DNA of 64,000 nt from Hemiscyllium ocellatum (taxonomy: Eukaryota): NCBI RefSeq assembly GCF_020745735.1, contig NC_083424.1, positions 15,300,999 through 15,364,998 on the forward strand. The letters run 5' to 3'. The stretch's first letter is position 1. Each line of letters begins with the position of its first letter. This document shows positions 26,704 through 40,154 of the stretch, piece after piece. Position numbers and translations under genes: made by a program. The notes under the pieces were generated by a model, which was given only the letters and a program-made list of their open reading frames with translations, did no database searches and was not told the origin of the DNA.

Positions 26704-27169
26704 GTCAGGAGTGCTTAGTAACAATTTTGTACAGAGCACAGAAGAAATAAGTGTTGGTTAGGTGAGAAGAGTTTCAGAGGAGGGTGGTATCTGTTTTCCC
26801 AAAAAAGAGAAATGAGACAAAGAGTTAAGATTAGTCAGGGAATTTGTATTATATAATTCAACCCTTGCTGCTTATTGGGGATGCCCTGCATTTGTCAACC
26901 TTATTTATTGTCTCCAAAACTGAGAGGAAGTGCTTAGCCGCTGACATGACAGGCAGAGCTGAAGCTTGTCTTGTGAGGAACTGAACATGTTACCCCACAT
27001 CCTACTAACGTGTGGTCAAGTGGCAGTACAGCAGTAAACAACACATCCCAAGAAGAGGAACAATTTCTTGAGCAAAATGTAGGTTTATTCTAGTATAAAA
27101 GTAAAATATCGCATTACTGCAAATCTGGAAGAAAATTAACCTGATCAACTTGTCTTAGTAAACCTTATT

Positions 27170-28950
27170 TTAAAAATAAAGTACTGCAGATCTGAAATAA
27201 AAAGAGAAATTGTTGGAGAACTGCAGAAGGTCTGATCTAACAGCATCAGTGGAGAGAGAAGTGGTGATGTTTTGAGCCAAATATGATTCTTCTTCAGAAC
27301 TGAAGGCAACTGGAAAATATTGATCTTTGTGCTGTTCATGTGGAGATGAGGAGAAAGTGAGACTGATAGCGAGGGTGTCCACTGCAACAGACAAAGGAAG
27401 TGCTCGTGGTAGTAGAGGTTAGACCAAGGAAGAGTAAGCATTAATGGTAAATGTTATTAGCAGAAAAAAAGTCAGCTTTGCTAAAAGCAAACCCATGCAA
27501 ACAAGACATTAGAAGTGGTTGGAAGTGTAATTATAATCAAGTTGTACTCACGGTTGAGTTCTGAAGGCTTATAAAGTGCTTAAGAGGGAAATGAGGTGCT
27601 GTTCCTCCAGCTTGTGCTGGGCTTCACTTGTATACTGCAACAGGCTTTACAAAGAAATGTTAGCGTGATAGCAAAATGGTGTTTTGAAGTGGCAAGTAAC
27701 TGGAAGATCAGGGTCCTTCTTACTACAGATCCTGAAGAGTCTTTATTTATAACCACCCTCCTTCATCTGACTGAGCTTGTCACTTTGAGAAGAGTTAAAG
27801 GAGAAATTGTTCACTTTTTCAAAGTAAACGTAGTGGCTATGGGTCCCAGGTTTGCTTGTCATTTTGTGTGATATATGGAACACTTCTTGTTTCAGTCCTA
27901 CTCAGGGTCCCTTTCCTCAACTTTTTCAGTGGCAAATTAATGATAAAATTGGTTTTGCTTCCTTCTGTCACCTGCAATTACCAATTATGCTTTCAACATT
28001 CATCATTCATTCACCTTCACCTGGTCCGTCTGACTCTTCCTTGACTTCGCTGTTTCTATTTCTGGGGTGGACTGCCCCCAGTCTCCTTGACAAATCCACC
28101 AATTCTCTCTTATCTTGACTACACTTCCTCAATCTACTTACTACAAAGATTCCATTTCATTTTCTGCATTTTTGTCTCATTTCATCTCTCTCCTCTGTAC
28201 TGTGGTTGACAGGGCATTAATTTTGTCTGACCCATATTCCGTACTTTTGCGTTCACCACATCTCATCCTCCCATAATATGATAGAACCCTCTTGTCTCAC
28301 TTTCCATCCACACACACGCACACCCTGACCCAGACTCTGCATTCGAAGGATCATCCTTCACCATTCTACCATCTCCAGCCGAATACCACCATTAAACATA
28401 TTTATCTCTCCCCTCCCTTGTCAGCATTCCAGTCTCCTCTACTATGGCTAGACTGGACACAGACTGAGAGAACACTTTGTAGAATGCCTCCACTCTGTCC
28501 ATTAGAATGACCCTGACTTTCATTGCTTGCTATTTCAATACATCATCTTTCTGTCATGCTAATATTTCTATCCTAGGCTTGCTGTATTATTTCAGTGAAG
28601 CCCACCACAAGCTGAAGGGACAGCACCTTATTTTCCACTTGGACACTTTCCAGCCTTCATGACTGCATATTGAGTTCATCAACTTTAGACCAGTAACACT
28701 GTTGTCTACTTTAATCTCCTTGAGGATTGTCTTTCTTTACGGGCTGAGTTGGCTTCTTTTCTGATATTGATATCTGTTTTTCATCTATATCCTTCTACTT
28801 CTGACATTAACATTCTTTTGCCTTTCACTCTGGTCACTCACAACATCTGTTGCACTGGCTCCGCCTCTCTCTTTCTCAACAGCTTAGAAAGCATTATTTT
28901 CCAGCCACTTCAGTTCCATCTTGAAATATTAACTGTTTCACACTCCACAA
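27170..28950. mobile_element. Old, decayed Penelope-like fold-back (family D)
   Basis: Inverted matches between about 27530-27630 and 28590-28690 (KLEEQHLIF-like GIY-YIG end); decayed CTGAAGA...AAAACATC at 27265-27300 minus. Confidence 0.5.
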
Positions 28951-29914
28951 TGTGAAGTATAACATTTTATATGATCCTCAAGGTAGATGATTTGGAGATG
29001 AGGGAGTAAAATAGAATCAATCAAAGGGGCCATGGAGCAGATTCAAATGCATGATGGGAATGTTAACAGAGCTATTATGGTAGAAAAGCTGAGTTTTAAG
29101 AATACTAAAAGTGCAGTGGGAGATTTAAGGAAAGGCTGAGGTAACATATGATTCTCCTGGCAGGAGAGGAATTAAAGGAATTAAATTTTGACATCATCAG
29201 AAGACCCAAAGGAAATGGAGGGCTGGAGAAAGCTGCAGTGCTAGGGAATGCAAAAACATTAGGGATTTGTACATTTTAGGTTGAGGTGAAGAGCAAGTAG
29301 AATTTGGTCTAGCATCTGATGTATTAGGCTAATTTGGCATAATTTGGAGGATGAGAGGACAGCAGGGTGTAGATTGAAGAAGTCTCCCCTTTAAAAAACC
29401 TTTTGAGGACTGAAGAAAGGATGCTCGGGTGTAAAACTGGTATTGTGAATTAGTCAGCTGTCTTCTCATTTCCACTGAATTGGGATGAGTCCAAATCTGT
29501 TTGGCCAAGAACATTTGATTCTATTCAAAAATCTATAGGTGCAATTTGCAGCATGTCAACTGCTGCCTCAATTGTGATAAACTAATTTGGAACTGGCCAG
29601 CTGTGAGGGAGATTTGAAAAAAATGTCACACTGCTCTTAGGCTGTCCCCACCTCTCCTTTGTTTCTGGAAGTTTATCCAGCCCTCCAACCCCAATAATTT
29701 TGATACTTTGCACATTCCTGATTTAAATCACTCCACCATCAGTGGTTGTGCCCTTCTCTTTCACAAAGATTTTGGTCATCAGACAGAATACTACTTAGTG
29801 GCTTGGTGTCACACTTTGTTAGTAAAGAATGCTGGAGTGTTTTACGATTCAATGACATTTAAGTTATTTTGACATCTTTAATTGTAACAGTTTCTGTGTT
29901 GATGTTTTCTAACC

Positions 29915-30435
29915 TACCAGAAGTGTGTGGATGCTTTGAAGATGGTACAGAAAACATTTACCAGAATGTTGCCTGGAAATGGGGGATTTTAGCTATGAAG
30001 AAGGGTTGGCTAGACTGGGTTTATTTTCATTAGAATGCAGAAGGTTGAAGGGTGACCTAATAGAAGTTTTATAAGATTGTGAATGGCGTGGATAGAGTGG
30101 AAAGTATGAGGCTTTTCCCAGGGTGGAAGGGTCAGTTACTAGGCGACACATGTTCAAGATGCGAGGGGGAAAAGTTTAAGAAAATGTGCGAGGTAATTTT
30201 TTTCACACTCAGGGTGATGAGTGCCTGGAACGCATTTCCAGAGGAGATGGTGAAAGCAGACACAATAGCAGTATTCAGTAAGCACCTGGACAAATACATG
30301 AATAGTAATCAAGTATAGGGATACGGATCCTTTTAAGTAAAGACCATTTTAGTATGGAAGGGCAAAATGTGGCTGTGTATGTTGAAGGGCCTTGAGGGTT
30401 GAAGGATCTGTTAGTGAGCTGTATTGGTCTTTGTT
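29915..30435 (+). mobile_element. CR1 LINE 3' fragment
   Basis: FFTLRVMSAWNAFPEE C-terminus; similar to 54640-55150. Confidence 0.8.
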
Positions 30436-30621
30436 GTAATCAACCCTTTCAGAGATGTTATTATACAGTTCTGGAGCAAATGAATCTTGAATCCAGGTCT
30501 CCTGGCCTGGTGGTAAGGACTTCACCATCACAGCCCTCACATTACTGTTTCTCTTCAATGTTGTGTTAGTGGATCTTGTAATCAAATTCTCAACTACTAA
30601 TTAACACTTTATTCTATTCAG

Positions 30622-30746
30622 TTCTCCAAGAGGCAGTCAGCACAGGAGATCCTGAGCTGTTGGAAAAAATTCTTCAGTATCGAGATTACAATCGGATAAA
30701 CTCACAGTTGAATGGTGTTCCAGAACTACTCAGCAAGATACAAAAG
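30622..30746 (+). CDS. ANKRD13A: ANKRD13A exon 3 (VLQEAVSTGDPELLEKILQYRDYNRINSQLNGVPELLSKIQK)
   Basis: 125 nt, TTCAG| and AAG|GTAAC. Confidence 0.95.
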
Positions 30747-31816
30747 GTAACAACTGTTCTTGCATCCAAGTTTTAGCAAAAAAAAATACACTTTCAGATA
30801 CAATAAAGACTATTTGAGAAAGGTATATAGTTTGAAATATGACTGTATTTAGAATTAAATTTGGAACCTAAATCTGATCCGAATTTGTCGTCTTGTCCAA
30901 GTATGCATGACTTCATTCTCCCAAGCTTGTCCATTTTAGCATGATTCAAACCTGTTTCTTCTTGCTGTCTCAAACAGGAAATCTGGCACTCCTATTGACA
31001 AAATCAAGAAATGTAACATTAGTGATCAGAGTGCCAATTTATTCCCCAAATTAAGAAACTATTTATTCACTTCCATCATCCTTACATTTGCCAATGTTTT
31101 CACCAGCCTGCTTTTCCCTGCTAGCCTGAAGTCACCATTTCTAGCTTTGGTATGTGTCACAAGCAACAACAGCCCTCTAGAAACTGGCTCAAGTAATCAT
31201 TCTGTTTGCAATAGCCAGGCTTCTGCGTCAGTTAGCTGTTCAGATGTTACTAGAGAAGTTGATGAGGTCAAGAGGTGGATGTGGTGTATGTGGACTACAG
31301 TAAGGCATTTGATAAGGTTCCCCATGGTAAGCTTGTTCAGAAGGTCAGGAGGAATGCGATACAGGGAAATTTAGTTGTCTGGATACAGAATTGGCTGGTC
31401 GACGGAAGACAGCGAGTGGTAGTGGAAGGAAAATATTCTGCCTGGAAGTCAGTGGTGAATGGTGTTCCACTGGGCTCTGTTCTTGGGCCTCTACTCTTTG
31501 TAATTTTTATTAATGACTTGGATGAGGAGATTGAAGGATAGATTAGCAAGTTTGCAGACGACACAAAGGTTGGAGGTGTCGTTGACAGTACAGAGGACTG
31601 TTGTAGGCTGCAGCATGACATTGACAGGATGCAAAGATGGGCTGAGAGGTGGCAGATGGAGTTCAACCTGGATAAATGCAAAGTGATGCATTTTGGAAGG
31701 TCGAACTTGAAAGTTGAGTACAGGATTAAAGACAGGATTCTTGGCAGTGTGGAGAAACAGCAGGATCTTGGTGTGCAGGTACATAGATCCCTTAAAATTG
31801 CCACCCAGGTGGACAG

Positions 31817-32029
31817 AGCTGAAAATGTGTTGCTGGAAAAATGCAGCAGGTCAGGCAGCATCCAGGGAACAGGAGAATCGAAGTTTCGGGCATAAGCCCT
31901 TCTTCAGGAAAGAAGGGCTTATGCCCGAAATGTCGATTCTCCTGTTCCTTGGATGCTGCCTGACCTGCTGTGCTTTTCCAGCAACACATTTTCAGCTCTG
32001 ATCTCCAGCATTTGCAGTCCTCACTTTTT
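31817..32029. mobile_element. Fold-back mini element, family A
   Basis: Near-perfect inverted arms about 31814-32000 plus tail; 16-bp TSD CCACYCAGGTGGACAG at 31801-31816 and 32030-32045. Confidence 0.9.
31875..31910 (-). ncRNA. Hammerhead motif (family A)
   Basis: CTGAAGA-A-GGGC-TTAT-GCCC-GAAA-CT-TC on minus strand. Confidence 0.6.
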
Positions 32030-33600
32030 CCACTCAGGTGGACAGGGTTGTTAAGGAAGCATGTGGTGTTTTGGCTTTCATTAACAGGGGGATTGAGTTT
32101 AAGAGCAGTGAGATCTTGTTGCAGCCCTATAAAACTTTGGTTAGACCGCACTTGGAATATTGTGGTCAGTTCTGGTCGCCCTATTATAAGAAAGATATGG
32201 ATGCTTTGGAGAGGGTTCAGAGGAGGTTTACCAGGATGCTGCCTGGAATAGAGGGCTTTTCTTACGAAGAGAGGTTGACTGAGGTTGAACCTTTTTCATT
32301 GGAAAAAAGAAGGAATGGAGGGGATCTAATTGAGGTGTACAAGATAATGAGAGGCATAGATAGAGTTGATAGCCAGAAACGTTTTCCCAGGGCAGAAATT
32401 GTAACACGAGGGGTCATAGTTTTAAGCTGTTTGGTGGAAAGTATAGAGGGGATGTCAGAGGCGGGTTCTTTATGCAGAGAGTTGTAAGAGCATGGAATGC
32501 TTTGCAAGCAGCAGTTGTGGAAGCGAGGTCATGGGGATATTTAAGAGACTGGATTAGTGGTGCTGGAAGAGCACAGCAGTTCGGACAGCATCCAAAGTGC
32601 AGTGAAATCGATGTTTAGGGCAAAAAACTGCTGGACATGCATATGGTCACAGAAATTTGAGGGTTCGTACATTAGATTTACCTTACATGAGGATCAATGG
32701 TCAGCACAACATCATGGGCTGAAGGACCTGTTCTATGCTGTACTGTTCTATGTTGAGGGCAATATAGTTAAATTCTTATGTTCTCTTGATATTCACACCT
32801 TTTTCAAGCAAGGATTATTGCATTGTGGTCAGGAACCAGTGTCGGGGAAGACATTATTTCTTCTCTGTCTCTTCCTGATACAAGGACACTAAAGGTAATT
32901 TTGGAGTCAGCTGCTGAGATCTACTCGTCCTGCAGTGTTTGGGGACTTTGCTGATGTGTCTGGTTCAACTACAGTTTGTTATAGGAGAAGTTGCACGATA
33001 AATTAATTGTAACTCTCTATCAGAGACAACCGTGACTAGTTTCCAACCAATCTTTGTAATCTTAAACATATGCATTATGTCTCCTCTTGATCACTTCCTG
33101 TTCCAGTAAATTGACTCATCTGCATTTCACACAGTAATCCAAAGTACTGTATCCTGGGATTACCCTTTTGCGTTTCTGTACCACTGTCTGAAAACTCAGA
33201 GTCCATTTTTAGAGTGATTGGTCTTGAAAGATATCACTCACTAAGCTTCTTTGGTATTGCCTCCCAAAGCTGCAGCTTCTACCAGCTAGAGGGCAAAGAA
33301 TCAGACACATGGGAATAACACACCATCTTGACTTGGAAATATGTCACCATTCTTTCATAGTCGTTGGAATAGAAACTGAAACTACCCACTGAACAGCACT
33401 GTGGATGTAACCACATCACATGGTCTGCAGTTATCCAAGATGGTGGCTCACCACTTTGCAAAAATATAACCACGAATGTGCAGTAAATGTTGCAGTAAAT
33501 TCAGTGATGCCCACGCCTCTTGACTGAATATAGTAAAAATGACTGCAATTTGAAAACACTAAGTTATTAACATTTACATTATGGAGACCATTAAGCCTTT

Positions 33601-33855
33601 TTAGATTAGATTAGATTAGATTAGATTACTTACAGTGTGGAAACAGGCCCTTCGGCCCAACAAGTCCACACCGACCTGCCGAAGCGCAACCCACCCATAC
33701 CCCTAACCTAACACTACGGGCAATTTAGCATGGCCAATTCACCTGACCCGCACATCTTTGGACTGTGGGAGGAAACCGGGGCACCCGGAGGAAATTGAAC
33801 CCAGGTCCCTGGCGCTGTGAGGCTGCAGTGCTAACCACTGTGCCATCGTGCCGCC
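33601..33855 (-). mobile_element. V-SINE with internal deletion
   Basis: GAGGAAA joined directly to TTGAACCC. Confidence 0.9.
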
Positions 33856-35037
33856 TTATGTGCTTAATCTCATCAATCTTAATAGTAGGTGAGACTAAGC
33901 AAAATTGGTTGGAATAATCTAGAGGAAATGATTAGGTGTAGCCGGATAGGGAAAATGAAAATATTGTACAATAGTGTAAGATACTTGTGACCAATCTCGG
34001 GCATTATTAAGTTTTTATGGAGGAAGCTTCTTTTTTTGTTTGTTCTTGGATGCAGCATCACTAGCTAGAACAGTCTTTATTCCCTATCCCTATTTGTTCA
34101 GAGGGCAGTTAAGAGTCAGCTACATTGCTGTCAGCCTGGAGTCGCACATAGGCCAGATCAGATAAGAATAGCAGATTTTCTTTCCTAATGGGTTTTAGTG
34201 AACCAGATGGAGTTTTTATGACAGTCAGCAGTGGTTATATGGTCGTTAATAGGCTAGCTTTATACTTTAATGACTGATTTTTATTGCTATGTTGGAATTC
34301 AAACCCATGGCCTCAGAACCACATTTTGGATTATGAATCAAGTGATACCACCACTACAGTAAAACTTCCTTATGTCAGTACTTCCTGAATTTTCTTTTCC
34401 AATGTGACCCCAGTTAGAGGCTTTAAAATTGTCTTGACCATTCAGTGAAAATTGAGAGGTGGGTGCTGTGAGCATGGGGGCCTATCTGTCAGAGAAGGAG
34501 CACACCTGTTCGAGTTCTTTCATAGCTGTGTGGGAGCCATTGCTACCTTGGAGCTCGCAACACCTAAATTGCAGTTCATGATCCCACTCGAGGTCCCAGT
34601 TCCCCATTTTAGGAAGCCCTACTTTACATGTACCCCATGCTCTAATTAACCTAGGAATATTTGATGACAAGGCAGTTAATTTCCAAGCAATAATGTTTCT
34701 CTCCCAAAAAAAATCTTAAATCTATACTACTTAATAACTGCGGATAGGGTAAAGGGTCAGTCTTGCTAGATTAACTTTGGTATTCTTTTGACTCAGTCAT
34801 GCCTCTTACTTAGTTTTTTTGATGACCACTAGCAGTTATTATTTAAATAAAAGATTTATTTTTTAATCTGATGTATACTACAGTAAAGTGCAACTTGTAT
34901 TAACTGGTATAAGCCTATCAGGTGTTGAATTCACTATTAGCTGAGGATACAACTTTCGTTTTCTATTTTAAAACTCTTCACAGTCCTTAAGACTTTATCT
35001 GCCTAATTACCATTAATTTTACAATATTTTTTAACAG

Positions 35038-35083
35038 ACTTCTGATTTCTACGTGGAAATGAAGTGGGAGTTTACCAGCTGGA
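35038..35083 (+). CDS. ANKRD13A: ANKRD13A exon 4 (TSDFYVEMKWEFTSW)
   Basis: 46 nt, conserved DFYVEMKWEFTSW, A|GTAAGT. Confidence 0.95.
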
Positions 35084-35979
35084 GTAAGTGTTCTTTAGTT
35101 TTTACATTAGCTAATTATTGGTTTGCCCAAATTGACAGTGAATCTAATGCAGATTTCTTATTTTTAATGTTCATTTGCTCCCAACTAATGCTGCCTTAGT
35201 AACATGTTTAAATAAATGAACTATTTGAAATGATTCTCACCTTTTTTTAAAAATGTAGGATGATACCTGTTTTCTTGCCATGATAATGACATTTCTGAGT
35301 TTGAGTTTAATGTGGGCATTGTGAGCATGTACCCACCTACGTGTGGAGTTTCCAAACTATAAAATATTCTGTATTTCTAAAAGTGCCTTTTGCTTTTCAC
35401 ATTCCCTGCCACCATATGAATTCAGTCAACCAAGAAAGTAGGCAGGCAACTTACTTAAACTTACTTGTATTGGATGCAAAGAGATGTGCTAGAAACCTTA
35501 TCTACAGTAAGGTTTGCTGTATGTGAAAGTATCACTTTTGATTTAGTAGTTGTAGTCCCAATATTTAAGAAGTAGCTACAGTCAAAATCTGTGTCATCAG
35601 CCTAAATTGATTCAAATTGTCAGTCTCCTTCACTACTACATTACACTTCTGTCAGATGTCCGATTGAGATTGAGGTTTTGATGTATCACTTTACCACATG
35701 CTCTGTTGTCACTACAATGCAGTGACAGCTTGCATTTACCTGTAATGTAGTGTCTTTATCATTGTGAAACATCCCAATGTACTGAACATAGTCAACAATG
35801 AAACCACACGAGGGGGAGAACCGTATGATTTGAAACCGTATCCTGCAAACATGAGAAAGGATTAACACTGAGGAAATTTGCTTGGATCCAGTACCAATAT
35901 ATTTCTCATTTATTTGAGCAGGCATCAGTTTGTGCTGCTCCTCTCATTAATTAAAATTGTCAGGATCATCATAAGGTGA

Positions 35980-36180
35980 AATACTGCAGATGCTAGAAAT
36001 CTGAACAAACAGAGAATGCTGGAGAAACTCAACAGGTTTGGCATAATCAGTGGGGGAGAAACAAAGTTACAATTTCAAGTGTGGCATGAATTTTCTTCAG
36101 AAATGTTCTGAACAGTAACTCTGTTTCTCTGTCCACAGATGCTGCTAGACCATCTGAGTTACACCAGCATTGTATTGGTT
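35980..36180. mobile_element. Decayed family D fold-back remnant
   Basis: AATGCTGGAGAAACTCA...GAGAAACAAAGTTAC mirrored by GTAACTCTGTTTCTC...TGAGTTACACCAGCATT. Confidence 0.6.
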
Positions 36181-36619
36181 TCAAGTGTCCTTCTGCGCTT
36201 GAGCATATTTGAATTCCTTCTGCTTTGAAAGAGTCAATATAATTACCCTAACATTATTATGAGGACTAATTGGATTTAAATAACAACTCTCTTTAAAAAG
36301 AGCCACTGTCATTGTCAATCATACATTTAATTATGTGAATTGCTTTAAGTCTGAAGCTTCTAACCTTGAAAACAGCCATCAAAGCCTTTCAAAATTTGTT
36401 AATTTAAACTGGTGTCACAGAATTGACTTAAACTTGTGAATTGTGACTATATGTAAAGGGAGAGGCACCAAATTAAATGTCAATTTTCTATAACAATTCA
36501 TGGTAGCTAAAGTTTCTAAAAGTACAAGAAGAAAATAGTTTTTCCTTTTGTCTCATAAACAGTTTTTTAAAATGATCTTCTCACCTCTGCATATTTCCTC
36601 CATTCTTCTCACCTTTCAG

Positions 36620-36763
36620 TTCCCCTGGTGTCAAAGATGTGCCCAAGTGATGTGTACCGTGTGTGGAAGAGTGGTGCCAACCTGCGAGTGGACACAACCT
36701 TACTGAACTTTGAGAACATGAAGTGGGAAAGGGGACATCGTAGCTACATATTTAAGGGGATGG
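36620..36763 (+). CDS. ANKRD13A: ANKRD13A exon 5 ([48 protein letters not shown])
   Basis: 144 nt, TTTCAG| and G|GTGAGT. Confidence 0.95.
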
Positions 36764-36778
36764 GTGAGTATTTTAGTT

Positions 36779-37162
36779 CAAAATTTGGGAGAAGATTTGT
36801 AGCTCGGGTGCTCGTTGTTGTGGTTCTGTTCGCCGAGCTGGGAGTTTGTGTTGCAAATGTTTCGACCCTTTCTACGTGACATCCTCAGTGCTTGGGAGCC
36901 TCCTGTGAAGCGCTTCTGTGGTGTTTCCTCTGGCATTTATAGTGGCTTGTCTCTGCCGCTTCCAGTTGTCAGTTCTTGCTGTCTGCTGCAGTGGCCAGCA
37001 AGAACTGACAACCGGAAGCAGCAGAGACAAGCCACTATAAATGCCGGAGGAAACACCATAGAAGCACTTCACAGGAGGATCCCAAGCACTGAGGATGTCA
37101 CCTAGAAAGGGTCGAAACGTTTGCAACACAAACTCCCAGCTCGGCGAACAGAACCACAACAA
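36779..37162. mobile_element. Fold-back mini element, Penelope-like family C
   Basis: Arms 36815-36981 and 36996-37162 (mirror ORFs in track); 14-bp TSD TGAGTATTTTAGTT at 36765-36778 and 37163-37176. Confidence 0.9.
37086..37124 (+). ncRNA. Hammerhead motif (family C); mirror copy at about 36853-36891 minus
   Basis: GCA-CTGAGGA-TGTCACCTAGAAAGGGTC-GAAA-CG-TT-TGC; stem II imperfect. Confidence 0.5.
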
Positions 37163-37349
37163 TGAGTATTTTAGTTTTTGATCTTGAGTAGGTAGCTCTA
37201 AGTTTTTAAATTATTTCCTCTTCCATCCACCACACATCCACCCCACTGAGGTACCCACATTGTTTAATCAGTTGATGAATTGTCTGGTTTACAAAGTTAT
37301 GGGACAATGTATAGGGACTAGGAAAGGCAATTAGGTCCATTAAGGAAGG

Positions 37350-37740
37350 TTGATGGAGCTATGTAAGGAATGCAATGATAATTTAGTAAACTGAATCCTG
37401 GGATGGCAGGACTGACATATGGAGAGAGACTGAATTGGAGTCTAGAAGAATGAGGGGTATATCATAGAAACCTATAAAATTCTGACCAGACTGGACCAGT
37501 AAATACAGGGAAAATCTTTTTGATGACCAGGTAATCCAGACGCTGGGGTCCTCTCTGCCATAGAGTATGGTTGAGGCCAAAACATTGAATGTTTTCAAGA
37601 AGGAGATCAATATAGTTCTTAGGGCTAAAGGGGCCAAAGGATATGGGGGAGAAATAGAACAGGATTCTGAGTCAGATGATCAGCCAAGGTCATATTGAAT
37701 GGCAGATCAGGCTTGAAGGGCCGAAGAGGCTCCTTTTCTC
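37350..37740 (+). mobile_element. Decayed CR1 3' fragment
   Basis: AGAAGAATGAGGGG-ATCATAGAAACCTATAAAATTCTG and TTGAAGGGCCGAA tail. Confidence 0.65.
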
Positions 37741-38286
37741 TGTTAAAACATTGTGAGATAGCCTCTCCTGGCTTAGCAAATAAATGCATTGCCTCCTGCA
37801 AGTCAGTGATAAGTCTCTGGTTCCATCCTGATATTAGCTAGGGTGGCTCTAGTCATGTTATGATTGGCTTCTCTCCTCAGTGATGAAAGGTTAGGAAGGG
37901 AGAAAGGGGAATGGTCAGACAGGACCTCTCCTCTGATTGTTGTAACATTATGCCAGCTGGGAAACATGTCTAAGATGGTATTTACAAGGCCAGTTCAAGT
38001 TTACCTAAGGTGACTCTCATTACTAAAAAGTCCAAATCCCAACATTTGAATTCATATGATTAAAAATGATCTTTCATCCAGGAGGTCAGCCCTTGTGAAG
38101 CTATATTCTTAATGTGAATTAGGAACAAGTGAATCAAGTTCTTAGAAAAGAAATTTGAACTCAACCCATTGGTATTAAACAGCTAAATATTTTTCATCAA
38201 ATAATATAAATCATTTTTAATTTATAATAATGTTTTATTAAGTTTCTCAATACCACTAAGGTTGCCATGATTTTTCTTTTTGACAG

Positions 38287-38476
38287 CTGACTCAGCAGAA
38301 TTTATAGAGGTAGACCACGATAACCAGGTTGTAGACCGAGAACATTTTACACTCTCACAAGAACAACAAGGCCTCGCTTTATCCTCCGTAAGACCAACAA
38401 AGGACCAGGTTGCAAATCGTCTTACATCCCCTATCGTTTCTACATGCCTTGATACAAAAAATATATCCTTTGAGAG
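38287..38476 (+). CDS. ANKRD13A: ANKRD13A exon 6 (ADSAEFIEVDHDNQ...RLTSPIVSTCLDTKNISFER)
   Basis: 190 nt, GACAG| and AG|GTAAT. Confidence 0.95.
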
Positions 38477-40154
38477 GTAATACTAACAATAATAGGCGTC
38501 TCTGAAGTTCAGTGTACAGTCTGATGCAACTATTAAATGAAAGTCAGGAGGAATCTGGTTGGTCAGATGTGTTTTGTTGACAGATTGATGGGCTACAAAA
38601 GACTCCGTGTAATTTGGACGTTTTGCTCTAGATGATAAAACAGCCTTTACCCTTCCCTCAGGACTTCATGCACAATTATAATAATTGAGATAAAATTATT
38701 AGATTTCAGTCATATCCAGGATTGACCAAGTAGAAGAAAGAATGAGACAAACTGAGAAGTAATTAGCTGGCCATTAGTGTAGGCTGTGACATAGAAGAAA
38801 ACAAATACTGTCTGAGTCAAGGAGTGCCATATGTTTGAGGTTTTGTTGACAATTGAGTGTAGATATGTCAAGAGTGGTCACCTACCTGTGTGAACTATGT
38901 TTTTGCGAATGCTTTATACCCTACCTGTAAACCTCTGTTCTGATGTAAGAAATACTGAATAACACCTGACGTGAATGATGACAAAATGAGCTGACCTTGC
39001 ATTTTGTGATGTGTAGCCAATTTCATTTGATTTGTAATTTGTTTTAATAATTGACCATTTTTTAAAATAGTGGCTTCAGTCACTTTGTAAAACTAGGCAT
39101 CAAATTCATAGTCAGGCAACTGATGTGACTGAAAAATCTGAAATCATCATGTGTGGTGTGCATCTAAGCTCCAAGTTCACGTTTCAATGTGATTAAGGTC
39201 AATATTCATGCTGTACATACTTGTTATTTTGTGATGCTGCAGGACTCTTGACTAGAAATTGCAAGTTTCCAGCAGCAGACAAAGTTTCATCAGCCACCCA
39301 TACCATGCTCAGTCCTGTAAACCGCTGCTACAGACCACTAGTTAGTTTTTTATTTTAATAAAGGCTATTTTGAGGTAGTATTATTAGTAATGATTTGTGT
39401 ACCATTTATATTTGGTAGTGATCAATTTTACTTCATTTTTTTGGAAAGCCTGCTTGCTGAATGGAAAGAATTTATTCTCAAATGATACTGATTTGTTATG
39501 AATATAGTCAAAACTCTCGCAGACTCCTAGTTATGAACCCCGAATGTAATGGACAGTCTATTCTGTTCTTAAAGGTGATCAATGGTCAAGATAGGTTTTC
39601 TGGAACAAAGCCTTAATTGCCACTAGGGATAAATGTGGCATTACAAGTGTCACCCAAACCTTGGCAGATGAAATTTGGAGATCGATTAAGAATTAAGTTA
39701 TCTTCTGGTGCAAGAAGCTTGCAGAAATAGAGTTACTTCTAAACTTTTAATTCCTTTTCAAATGAAAGCAGCGTGAAGAGACTGCTGTTTTCTTTAAATA
39801 CATTTGACACATTGAAGTGCAAAAAATGTGGAGAATTGTCACATTTTGGTTAATGTGTAATAACAAATAGTACGATCTTTTGTAGTTTCATAATGTTGTT
39901 ATGGAGATGGTTGCTTAAGACGTTTCATTCACCTCTGTCCCCCTTTGTTTTAAGGAAATACTCTTCCATGAATGTCTATATTTGACTGAAAAGACTTAAA
40001 ATGAAAATTTCTCTTGTTATTCCTTGTTTCAATAAGTTTGCATGGACCTTCTGTGGCGAGGTAATCTCTTTGCAAAATGATTTTTTTGGAATTGAGATTT
40101 TTAGGGCAGATGAATGAATGATCAGTCTTTTTAAATAATTTGAAATAAATTAAA

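Larger units (their letters stand above)
31245..32755 (+). mobile_element. CR1 LINE ORF2 3' portion with two nested family A insertions
   Basis: [46 protein letters not shown] motifs. Confidence 0.92.

Noticed and set aside
31817-32029. Inverted repeats with TSD suggesting a DNA-transposon MITE
   Set aside because: Asymmetric tail, variable TSD length and sequence, and linkage to GIY-YIG fragments fit Penelope-like retrotransposition better
36815-37162. Mirror-image 96-aa ORFs on both strands
   Set aside because: By-product of the palindromic insertion
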